In this document: positions 1 to 7,282 of the stretch, piece by piece
Numbering within the stretch: position 1 is the stretch's first letter
How the letters are laid out: each line of letters opens with the position of its first letter
NCBI GenBank assembly: GCA_965238265.1
Contig: OZ250185.1
Coordinates: 989,153 to 1,053,152 of the forward strand
Origin: Chloroflexota bacterium
Lineage (GTDB): Bacteria > Chloroflexota > UBA11872 > UBA12225 > JAJDUF01
DNA: 64,000 nucleotides
Direction: 5' to 3'
The notes under the pieces: generated by a model
Told to the model about the DNA's origin: nothing
Database searches by the model: none
The model's input: the letters and a program-made list of their open reading frames with translations, nothing else
Translations under genes and position numbers: made by a program

Positions 1-332
1 GTCTATCCCCGCGTGTGCGGGGGAACCGCGCTTGTCTGTCATCGTCGTTTCCCTTATCCGGGTCTATCCCCGCGTGTGCGGGGGAACCTCGTCTGGTCTA
101 GGTCTGTCTGTAGGCGATCCAGGTCTATCCCCGCGTGTGCGGGGGAACCTCTCTAGTTGGGCCAGGCAGTACCGGAAGATGGGGTCTATCCCCGCGTGTG
201 CGGGGGAACCTCCTTCATTGATGTGACGAGTACGCGCGTATCGGGTCTATCCCCGCGTGTGCGGGGGAACCCATTCGATATCGTGGTCTCGGCAGTGCCT
301 AATGGGTCTATCCCCGCGTGTGCGGGGGAACC
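1..332 (-). CRISPR. Type I-E CRISPR array running off the left edge. Six 29-nt repeats are visible (the first is cut by the window edge), separated by five 32-nt spacers. The 28-nt conserved core on the plus strand is GGTCTATCCCCGCGTGTGCGGGGGAACC, so the canonical I-E form GGTTCCCCCGCACACGCGGGGATAGACC lies on the minus strand.
   Basis: Exact 28-nt repeat at 61-88, 122-149, 183-210, 244-271 and 305-332 with a 61-nt period, plus a partial copy at 1-27. The palindromic core CCCCGCGTGTGCGGGG matches the I-E (E. coli / actinobacterial) repeat family. The adjacent cas2-cas1 genes are on the same (minus) strand. Confidence 0.95.
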
Positions 333-420
333 CCTACAAGTGTACAGTATTTCCACTGCTTCTCGTCGGGTACCTCTGGGACATTGCCCGCCGATTCCCA
401 CATCCGCCACATGCAGGAGG
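333..420 (-). promoter_or_regulatory. Putative CRISPR leader between the cas2 stop and the first (leader-proximal) repeat
   Basis: Its position between cas2 (ends at 421) and the repeat at 304-332, transcribed leftwards with the cas operon. No promoter motif was confirmed. Confidence 0.5.
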
Positions 421-720
421 CTAGTGGTACTTCACCAAGTAGACACCTTCTGCATCTACGATCTCTTTGGGTGCTGCGCCAAGGGTTCGTATTTGCTGCT
501 CGCCCACCGCAGCTGGGTCACGCCACGTCATCACTATCGCGCCTTGTTGCAGCTCCCCATGCCACTGCGCCAGCACCTCCCAAACCCGCTCCCGGATACC
601 CTGCGTCATCTGGGGCGAGGTGTACACGCCAGGCGCTATCTCCAACATCGCCGAGGCGAGAAACCCTCGATACCGCGCCTCGACGTTAACCGTGACGACG
701 ACGGTCATGCTGCACCTCAC
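421..720 (-). CDS. cas2: Cas2 (type I-E) endoribonuclease / spacer-integration subunit
   Basis: The 99-aa ORF (MTVVVTVNVEARYRGFLASAMLEIAPGVYTSPQ...) has the typical Cas2e N-terminus and overlaps the cas1 stop. Confidence 0.85.
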   Translation of the reverse strand: MRCSMTVVVTVNVEARYRGFLASAMLEIAPGVYTSPQMTQGIRERVWEVLAQWHGELQQGAIVMTWRDPAAVGEQQIRTLGAAPKEIVDAEGVYLVKYH

Positions 721-1684
721 TCACCCGCGCCGGCTGACGTTGCCGCCGCTGCTCGGGGGGAGCAACGTCCTCGAAGAGCATTTTGATGCGGTCGATCATT
801 TTGGGGATGACGCCCTCGGTCCGGAGCAGCTTCCCCGTGGTGCGCCTGGTGTGCCGCTCGATATCCAGCCGTGAGTTCGCCGTGACTTGCCGGGCGGCCG
901 TGAACGCGGCCGGCAGCAAAATCGTGTCGCGGAACAGATCGGCAATGTCCAACGCAAAAGCGTCGCCGCTGTGCTCGTGAATGAAGCCTAGCTGCGGAAT
1001 GGCGCCGACGGCGGTGACCGCAATCACCGCCGCCGCCGTGACCGCGACCGACGCATGGTTGATGGCTTGATTGGGCAGGTCTGCCGCATGCGGGTTCGCT
1101 CGGTCGTAGCGCCGCCCCCGCCAGGTGATGCCATAGCGTTGGGCCAGGTTCTTGTACGTCTGCCGCATGCGGGCGCCCTCCATCCCGCGCAGGACATCAA
1201 GGCTCTGGTGTGGGAGCAGCTCGCCCAGGCGCAGGGCGTACATCTTGCGGGCAATGGTAATCCGGCTGCCCTGCGGGTCGCCCCAGGCCCACATCTGCCG
1301 GCGGGCGATCTCGGAGGTGTCCGGCAGCAGAGGTGGTGCCGTGTAGCACCGGACACCATCCATACCGACCGCGACGAGCGCGGTCCCGTGGCGCGCCAGC
1401 AAGCGCAGCGCGTCGTGGCTGACGGTGGAGCCGGGACCCAGAAGGATCATCGAAAGGGACTGGAACGGGATACCGTACTCGCCGCGGTCGAGGGCGCTGT
1501 CCCGATCAGGCCCGGCCTGGCGCTCAAAGCGCAGGGCGCCATCCCGGACGGTCAGCGCGCCCCGACTCAGCCAGAGCAGCCCATGACGATCCGCGTGGGG
1601 GATCCGGGCCGTCTCCAGCCCGAGCCGGCCGCGCAGCAAGGGGGTGCCCCCGGCTGCGGCAGCAAGACGGTCGCGCGGTAGCAT
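686..1684 (-). CDS. cas1: Cas1 (type I-E) integrase
   Basis: 332-aa ORF of Cas1e length, with conserved metal-binding acidic and His residues, directly upstream of cas2. Confidence 0.85.
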   Translation of the reverse strand: MLPRDRLAAAAGGTPLLRGRLGLETARIPHADRHGLLWLSRGALTVRDGALRFERQAGPDRDSALDRGEYGIPFQSLSMILLGPGSTVSHDALRLLARHGTALVAVGMDGVRCYTAPPLLPDTSEIARRQMWAWGDPQGSRITIARKMYALRLGELLPHQSLDVLRGMEGARMRQTYKNLAQRYGITWRGRRYDRANPHAADLPNQAINHASVAVTAAAVIAVTAVGAIPQLGFIHEHSGDAFALDIADLFRDTILLPAAFTAARQVTANSRLDIERHTRRTTGKLLRTEGVIPKMIDRIKMLFEDVAPPEQRRQRQPARVSEVQHDRRRHG

Positions 1685-1761
1685 CTGTCACCTCGGTCAG
1701 TCCCCGCCGCCGCGGGGAATACCTCTTTGGTTGTTAAGGTACGTCAAGCGGCGGCATCCGC

Positions 1762-2553
1762 TCACGGGCCGGTGGCACGGCGCGGCGGCCGGAGCAGGAG
1801 CATGCCGTAGCCGTAGGCGCGATGCCGGCCGATCCCGTGAGTCACGAGGCGCGCGAAGTCGTCGGCAGCGGTGACGGTCAGGGTCCCTTGCAGCACTGCA
1901 TGTGGCCCCTCCGTCGCGTGGGCGCGGCGCTTCCGCACCGTCCGCACCCGCTGGAACGATTGCAGCCGCGTCCCCGGCTCCAGCTCGGCGCCGCCGCGCC
2001 GTTCCAGCTGCGCGGCCAGCCAGTCGGTGTAGACCGCTTCCCGACTGCGCTCCATCGTGCCCGGCGGGTGTTGGCTCGCCTCCCACTGCCACACGTCGGT
2101 TTCTGCACCGGGATGCCGGGGGCCACTCCCGCGCGTGACGAGACGGCGGTTTTTCGGGCGGGCCACCGGGCGGGCGAGCACCTCGAACCCGAGCCGCTGC
2201 CCCGGTTGCCAGGTCGTGGGCATCGGCTTGCTGCACAGGCGCGCGGCGGGAAGCACCTGGCTCTGGAGCGGACAGGCAAAGGTCGCCGCCGCCTCGCGCA
2301 GCGCCGCCGCTTCGCATCCCGCGTAGCCGTAGAGGGTGCCGCACCGCTGCTGGCCGCGGGTGGGCCGGGGGATCAGCACGCGGAACGGCTTGGGCGCCAA
2401 GTCGCCAAATAGCTCCACCAAGAGGCAGTGCAGCGCGTAGCCGGCATCGAACGTGTTCCGGGCGATGAGACCCCGGGAGCCGGCCCAGCGGTGGAAGGCT
2501 CTGACATCCAACTCGGCCCGGATCATGTGCAGCGGTGCAGCGGTGCAGATCAT
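1762..2553 (-). CDS. cas6e: Cas6e (CasE) pre-crRNA endoribonuclease
   Basis: 263-aa ORF (MICTAAPLHMIRAELDVRAFHRWAGSRGL...) that overlaps the cas5e stop with ATGA-type coupling. Confidence 0.8.
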   Translation of the reverse strand: MICTAAPLHMIRAELDVRAFHRWAGSRGLIARNTFDAGYALHCLLVELFGDLAPKPFRVLIPRPTRGQQRCGTLYGYAGCEAAALREAAATFACPLQSQVLPAARLCSKPMPTTWQPGQRLGFEVLARPVARPKNRRLVTRGSGPRHPGAETDVWQWEASQHPPGTMERSREAVYTDWLAAQLERRGGAELEPGTRLQSFQRVRTVRKRRAHATEGPHAVLQGTLTVTAADDFARLVTHGIGRHRAYGYGMLLLRPPRRATGP

Positions 2554-3344
2554 GGCTGCTCATCCTCCCGCGATTCGGCGGACGGGAAATCCTTCATCAG
2601 CCGGGTGCCCTCGCATACCTGGCGCCCGCCGCCGTGCAGGCCGGACACCCAGTTGCGCTCGTCGGTCAACTGGTACGTCCGGTTGACCCTCACGCCGTCC
2701 GGCACATCGTTCGTGCCCTCGTCGGCGGGCCAAATCAACCGCACCAGTTCATCGGGAGTTCTTTTCAACTTCTCTCTCGACTCCTCAATCGGTATGTCCA
2801 TCAGTGCGTCCAGCGCGGTGCTGCCCTCGCGAAAGCCCCGGCGGAGACGACCGGACGGCAAACACGGCTTGCGCCCGATGAACAGCGGCCGTTTGGGTGC
2901 GTCCAGCGCCGCGGCGAGGTCGTCGAGCGTCGGCCCGTCACCATCAGCGGCCGGCTCCAGGCGCAAGGCAACGGTCACGCGCATATCGGCAAAGTAGTCG
3001 CGGTAGCGCAGATGGGGCGCATCGTAGGTATTGGCGCCGCCGGCTCTACCCTCGGGAATACCACGAGTGGTCCAGCCTTGGTCGTTCTTGTTCAGCTTGG
3101 CGGTCTGGAAGTCGCGCAGGCGCACGCCGCCGGCCGGCTCCCGGTCAATGCGGGCAGCGAATACCAGCCGGTCTTGCAGCCGCCGGTGTCGCTCCCGCTC
3201 GATGCGTCGCCAGCCGAGCGCGTTGGCCAGCAGGCCGGTGAGCATGGACGACGCCGGGAAGTCGCGGATGACGCCGTAGTTGTCTATCGTCTCGCCACCG
3301 AACGCCATCAGTGGCGCTTCGAGGTTGAGCAGCAGGTGCCGCAT
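2550..3344 (-). CDS. cas5e: Cas5e (CasD) Cascade subunit
   Basis: 264-aa ORF (MRHLLLNLEAPLMAFGGETIDNYGVIRDFPASSMLTGLLANALG...) with the typical Cas5e glycine-rich N-terminus. Confidence 0.85.
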   Translation of the reverse strand: MRHLLLNLEAPLMAFGGETIDNYGVIRDFPASSMLTGLLANALGWRRIERERHRRLQDRLVFAARIDREPAGGVRLRDFQTAKLNKNDQGWTTRGIPEGRAGGANTYDAPHLRYRDYFADMRVTVALRLEPAADGDGPTLDDLAAALDAPKRPLFIGRKPCLPSGRLRRGFREGSTALDALMDIPIEESREKLKRTPDELVRLIWPADEGTNDVPDGVRVNRTYQLTDERNWVSGLHGGGRQVCEGTRLMKDFPSAESREDEQP

Positions 3345-3347
3345 GGC

Positions 3348-4529
3348 TCACCCGGCCTCGCCGTTCCGGACGGCCTGCGCGACCCAGGCGGCCAGGTCAT
3401 CGAGGCAGAGCCGCTTCGCCTGGGGCAGGTCGCAGTCGTCAACCGCCATGACCCGCCGGCTCTCCCGTGCGCCATAGGCAGCATCCAGTTTGGATAGGTG
3501 CTTGGCCAGGGCGTCCACGGCCGCCGCGGTCCGCGCCTTCACCGGCGTTCGGAAGGCGTTGGCGAGGCTGCGCGGCTGGCGCGATCCGGCCTCAATCAGC
3601 ATCAGATCGGCATAGCCGTAGGGCGCGGTGGAGCCGAGCTTGGCCCCCGGCGAGACAGTAGCGATCAGATGCACCAGGTGCTCCACTACCTGACTGGCGA
3701 GGGTCTTGTCGGCGTTGGCCCAGGCCTCGGCGTCGCAGCCCGTCAGGTTGGACACCAGCCCCGGCACGTCCACGACGACGTAGCCATAGAACAGCCCCGC
3801 CGTCAGCTCCATATCGCCGATGTGGTCGGCGCCCGGGTCCTCGTCTACGTCCCGCAGGTCATCCACCACGGAGAAGTAGTCGCTCTCGCTTTCCTCCTGG
3901 TGGACGGTGAAGGCGTGGGCCACGTGGATGGCGGCATCAATGTTCGCGCCGGGATCGGACGTGACCATCCGGCCGAACAGGGCGCCGACGAGTCCGCCAG
4001 GCAGACTGGTCTGCTCCCGGAAGGCCCGGAAGTTCTCGCGCTGCTCGTTGCGGCGCTGGGTGCTGAACAGCAGTTTGGCGGCCTCAGCCGCGGCTTTGGG
4101 ATCGTCGTGATGCTCTTTGCAAATCGCGGCGGCCTGGTCACGGAGATATTCGACCTCCGCGTGGCCGAGCAGCAAGGGTTGCCGGCCGCTCCTGTCGGTA
4201 CCTTTCTCGCCGTACACGCCCTTCTGGAACTCCGCCTCGACGCCATCCAACACGTCCTCGGGGACGCCGTTCGCCTCCCGCAGCGGCTGGATCACGCTGC
4301 GCGTGACCACCTCGCGCGAGCGGATAGCGTCCGCGGCCCCATTGATATTGTGGAGCGCGAACTCGTCGTCCGCCACGCGCCAGTGTCGCTTGAGGCACTG
4401 AGACGAGACACGGGTTCGCACGGCATCGCCGAACGGCAGTCGCTTGGCGAGACCGCTGTCGTCGCGGTTCAGCAATGCTGCCGGGTACGAGTGCAGGGTA
4501 TGGATCTGCAGGAATCTTGGGATAGTCAC
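3348..4529 (-). CDS. cas7e: Cas7e (CasC) Cascade backbone subunit
   Basis: 393-aa ORF (MTIPRFLQIHTLHSYPAALLNRDDSGLAKRLPFGD...) with the hallmark Cas7e N-terminal motif. Confidence 0.88.
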   Translation of the reverse strand: MTIPRFLQIHTLHSYPAALLNRDDSGLAKRLPFGDAVRTRVSSQCLKRHWRVADDEFALHNINGAADAIRSREVVTRSVIQPLREANGVPEDVLDGVEAEFQKGVYGEKGTDRSGRQPLLLGHAEVEYLRDQAAAICKEHHDDPKAAAEAAKLLFSTQRRNEQRENFRAFREQTSLPGGLVGALFGRMVTSDPGANIDAAIHVAHAFTVHQEESESDYFSVVDDLRDVDEDPGADHIGDMELTAGLFYGYVVVDVPGLVSNLTGCDAEAWANADKTLASQVVEHLVHLIATVSPGAKLGSTAPYGYADLMLIEAGSRQPRSLANAFRTPVKARTAAAVDALAKHLSKLDAAYGARESRRVMAVDDCDLPQAKRLCLDDLAAWVAQAVRNGEAG

Positions 4530-4558
4530 TTCATGCCTCCTTACTCTGTGTTCGCTTC

Positions 4559-5155
4559 CTAGTCTTGCGGACGGCTCGCGCGGTTCTCCGCCCAGTAGTA
4601 GCGCCGCGCTATGTCGCGGCGAACGTAGTCCGCTCGCTCCTCGTTGTAACCATCATCGAGGATCAGTTGAGCCATCCGATACCAGTCGAACGCGCAGCCT
4701 TTGGCGCCCAACATGCGGAACATGCGCGCCAGCAGCGTCCGCAGCATCGGGCCGCGCGCAGTCAGCAGCCGGTTCAGGCGCGACTGACTGTAAAACTCGG
4801 TCGCTCTGCTCCGGTCGTCGCCGTAGAACAGCGCCACGCCAATGGGCGTATGCCGGTCGTGCGCTGATCGGCTCATGGCATCGCTCTCTGCGGTGCGGGT
4901 CATCAGCGCCAAGCCGTGCAGGACCAGCGCCCACTTGTGTTCGATAGCCGGACTGCCGAGCAAGTCGTACTGCGCCATCAGCCACCAGAAGACGGCCGCG
5001 TCCGGCTTGTCCGGGTCCATGCGGCGCAACTCGGCCAGGTCGCCGCGCGGAAAATCCTCGGCTGCCAACTGACGGGCAAAGCCGACGGCGACCTCACCCC
5101 ATGGGCGGCTCTGCACTGGCTGGTCAGGGAGTTCAGCCGTCGTTTCGGTCGTCAC
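4559..5155 (-). CDS. cse2: Cse2 (CasB, Cas11) Cascade small subunit
   Basis: 198-aa Arg-rich helical ORF lying between cse1 and cas7e. Confidence 0.8.
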   Translation of the reverse strand: MTTETTAELPDQPVQSRPWGEVAVGFARQLAAEDFPRGDLAELRRMDPDKPDAAVFWWLMAQYDLLGSPAIEHKWALVLHGLALMTRTAESDAMSRSAHDRHTPIGVALFYGDDRSRATEFYSQSRLNRLLTARGPMLRTLLARMFRMLGAKGCAFDWYRMAQLILDDGYNEERADYVRRDIARRYYWAENRASRPQD

Positions 5156-5158
5156 TCG

Positions 5159-6730
5159 CTACCTCCTTCTTGGGGGGAATAGCTCTGGGAATCCGTCTTT
5201 TGGCCCACGGATTCGCCCCTCGAATACGCTGTCGGCACGTACCCTAGCCCGGTAGCGTTGGATGGCCGGACAGGGCAGGGAATCCTCAGCATCCCGGAGA
5301 ATCCGCCGGGCGTGGTCTATCACGCCGTCCTTATCATCGTTCTTCAGCCAGCGGTGGCGAATACCCTTCCGCTCGGACTCGGCGGCCTCGAACTCCGTTT
5401 GCAGGTGATGGAAGAAGTCACGGTCAACGATCTCGTCGAGCTTATTGGCCCAGGGGTTGGCACGGTCACGCTGTTCGTCTCCGACGCCCTCGGTCTTGCC
5501 GCCCGCGGCGAAGGTCCAGATAGCATGTCGCAAGATGCGCTGCACTTTGCGAACATCCTCGACGCGTTCGCTCGCGATCCGGCCTAGTTCTTCGAGTCCA
5601 TCGGCGCGGCTGATAATCGGTATCACCTTCCCCTTGAACGGGATGATCCGCTCGTGATAGCCCTCGGTCTTGCCTTGACCGCGCACCATTCCGCGCGCGA
5701 CCAGCAGCATGTCCTGCGGCGAGCGGCGCTCGGCAGCGGTCAGCCTGAACAGAGGCGGCGCTTGCCAGTCGGTGGAGAGGTAGTCAACGGTTTTCTTGTA
5801 GGTGAAGCCGCCGGTGGGCAGGGTCAGCGACTTGCTCTCCTTCCTGTTGACGGGTGTCCAGGGGTCGCCGCTGAGGCCCTTCAACGCTTTGGCCTCGATG
5901 CGGGCCGCTTTGGAGGTAGCGCGGATGACGCTCACCCTTCCAATCGGATCGGCTTGCAACCGGATACGTCGGCAAATCTCGATATAGAAGGGATCGAGGT
6001 CGCTGAGGAGCAAGGCCTCAGCCTTTGTCCCATCCCAAGCCTTTGTCCACAGCAGTTGGAATCCGCCATCGCGCGTGAGGTCAAGGTCGAGGATGTTTTC
6101 GCGTTGCTCCAACAGCGCCCCAATGTCGCGGCGCACGTGAACCCCCGGCCGCACGGACGGGGTGAGGGTGAAGGCCGGCCGGCACCCCAACCCGCCGTTC
6201 ATGCGGGAAATCCCGTAGTTGCCCGCGCCGCCAAAGCCCTCCGTGGTTTGGAGCGTAATCAGCGCGAATAGCCAGTCGTTGATTGTGGCCGCCGACGCGA
6301 CGGCCGATTTGAGGTCGTGGTTTTTCGACGTGACCAGCATGTCTAGCTCGTCGGGCGTCTCGACCGTGCTCTTGTACTCGGCGAGCTTGCTCGGCGCGGA
6401 GGCCGGCGGCTGCATGAAGGCTGGCTCGCGGATGTCCGCGACGACCAGCTGCCACGGCTCGTCATCGGGATAGTCGGGTGTGAGGCCGCGAATGAGGTCC
6501 CGCCACTCCTCGGCAGCGGCCGGCGGCTCGCTAAGGCCGGCGCGGTGGAGCGACATGGCGCCGAGCTGGACGAGGAAGGCGTGCCAGGCGTGGCGCTGGT
6601 GCGGCCGCAGCACCGGGAAGCTGTCTACCCTGTCCGCCATCAGCGCGGCATAGACCTGCGGCAGCGTGGCCGCGACCGTTCCGTCGGCGGTGTTCATGTT
6701 GATGAGGGGTTCTGTGAGTAGGTTGAACAT
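5159..6730 (-). CDS. cse1: Cse1 (CasA, Cas8e) Cascade large subunit
   Basis: 523-aa ORF (MFNLLTEPLINMNTADGTVAATLPQVYAALMADRVDSFPVLRPHQRHAWHAFLVQL...) with the conserved Cse1 N-terminal motif. Confidence 0.88.
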   Translation of the reverse strand: MFNLLTEPLINMNTADGTVAATLPQVYAALMADRVDSFPVLRPHQRHAWHAFLVQLGAMSLHRAGLSEPPAAAEEWRDLIRGLTPDYPDDEPWQLVVADIREPAFMQPPASAPSKLAEYKSTVETPDELDMLVTSKNHDLKSAVASAATINDWLFALITLQTTEGFGGAGNYGISRMNGGLGCRPAFTLTPSVRPGVHVRRDIGALLEQRENILDLDLTRDGGFQLLWTKAWDGTKAEALLLSDLDPFYIEICRRIRLQADPIGRVSVIRATSKAARIEAKALKGLSGDPWTPVNRKESKSLTLPTGGFTYKKTVDYLSTDWQAPPLFRLTAAERRSPQDMLLVARGMVRGQGKTEGYHERIIPFKGKVIPIISRADGLEELGRIASERVEDVRKVQRILRHAIWTFAAGGKTEGVGDEQRDRANPWANKLDEIVDRDFFHHLQTEFEAAESERKGIRHRWLKNDDKDGVIDHARRILRDAEDSLPCPAIQRYRARVRADSVFEGRIRGPKDGFPELFPPRRR

Positions 6731-7004
6731 GGTTGTCGTCCTTGCTATGGGGTATCCTTAACTAGAACGGATGTCCAGAAGCGAGGTTGTGCAACTACAC
6801 GCTAACGGGGATTGGGCAACTCATGCACCGGCTTGTCGTCCATGGTTACTTGCGCTCCGGTCCCATCCCGGCCCGGAGCGACCACTACCTGAAACAGCAC
6901 ATCCTCAGTGATGACCGAGACGCATAGGGATTTACTTACTTGAGTGACCAGCCGAAGGTCATCCAAACTGGTACAATCGGACGGCCACAGGCCATAGGGA
7001 TAAG

Positions 7005-7087
7005 TGCGGTAGGTGGGACTCGAACTCACACGGCCACAGGCCACGTAGCTCCTGACTACGCGCGTCTACCAATTCCGCCACTACCGC
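7005..7087 (-). tRNA. tRNA-Leu-like class II tRNA sequence (possibly a pseudo-tRNA or att remnant). It has a 7-bp acceptor stem (GCGGTAG / CTACCGC), a Leu-type D-arm (GGCGGAATTGGTAGAC), a long variable arm and a T-loop (GTTCGAGTCC). The anticodon loop reads TCAGGAG, one nucleotide short of canonical UUCAGGU. The T-stem has one mismatch and no CCA is encoded.
   Basis: By-eye fold of the reverse complement of 7005-7087. The sequence resembles E. coli tRNA-Leu(CAG) through the D-arm. No tRNAscan was run. Confidence 0.4.
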
Positions 7088-7173
7088 GCGAACTCCCTAA
7101 CGTCGGAATCCTTCATTGCCCTTCAAAGGTTCATTGTATAGAATGGGAGCGCGATGTGTCAAGCACTCCCACT

Positions 7174-7266
7174 GGTTCCCCGCAGACAGACGCGGGGGTA
7201 GACCACTTCGTAGGGCGATGCTCACACATCGCACATTGGTTCCCCCGCACACGCGGGGTTGCGGGC
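7174..7266 (+). CRISPR. Degenerate mini-CRISPR of two decayed I-E repeats in plus-strand canonical orientation, opposite to the main array. The repeats are GGTTCCCCGCAGACAGACGCGGGGGTAGACC and GGTTCCCCCGCACACGCGGGGTTGCGGGC. They are separated by a ~33-nt spacer-like segment and preceded by an AT-richer leader-like stretch (ttcattgtatagaatgg).
   Basis: Both copies match the array repeat (GGTTCCCCCGCACACGCGGGGATAGACC) at about 80-90%, and their ~64-nt spacing is close to the 61-nt array period. They sit in the cas3-cse1 intergenic region. Confidence 0.5.
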
Positions 7267-7282
7267 GCCGGGGCTGTGCCGG

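Noticed and set aside
32-874. Six-frame ORFs 32-226, 157-786, 186-410 and 318-689 (proteins rich in VYPRVCGGT repeats)
   Set aside because: They read through the CRISPR repeats and leader, and the repeated peptide is just the translated repeat. They are not genes.
1697-2563. 288-aa ORF overlapping cas6e in another frame, plus the many Arg/Ala/Pro-rich overlapping ORFs throughout the cas genes
   Set aside because: These are high-GC alternative-frame artefacts. The Cas6e frame has the recognisable protein sequence.
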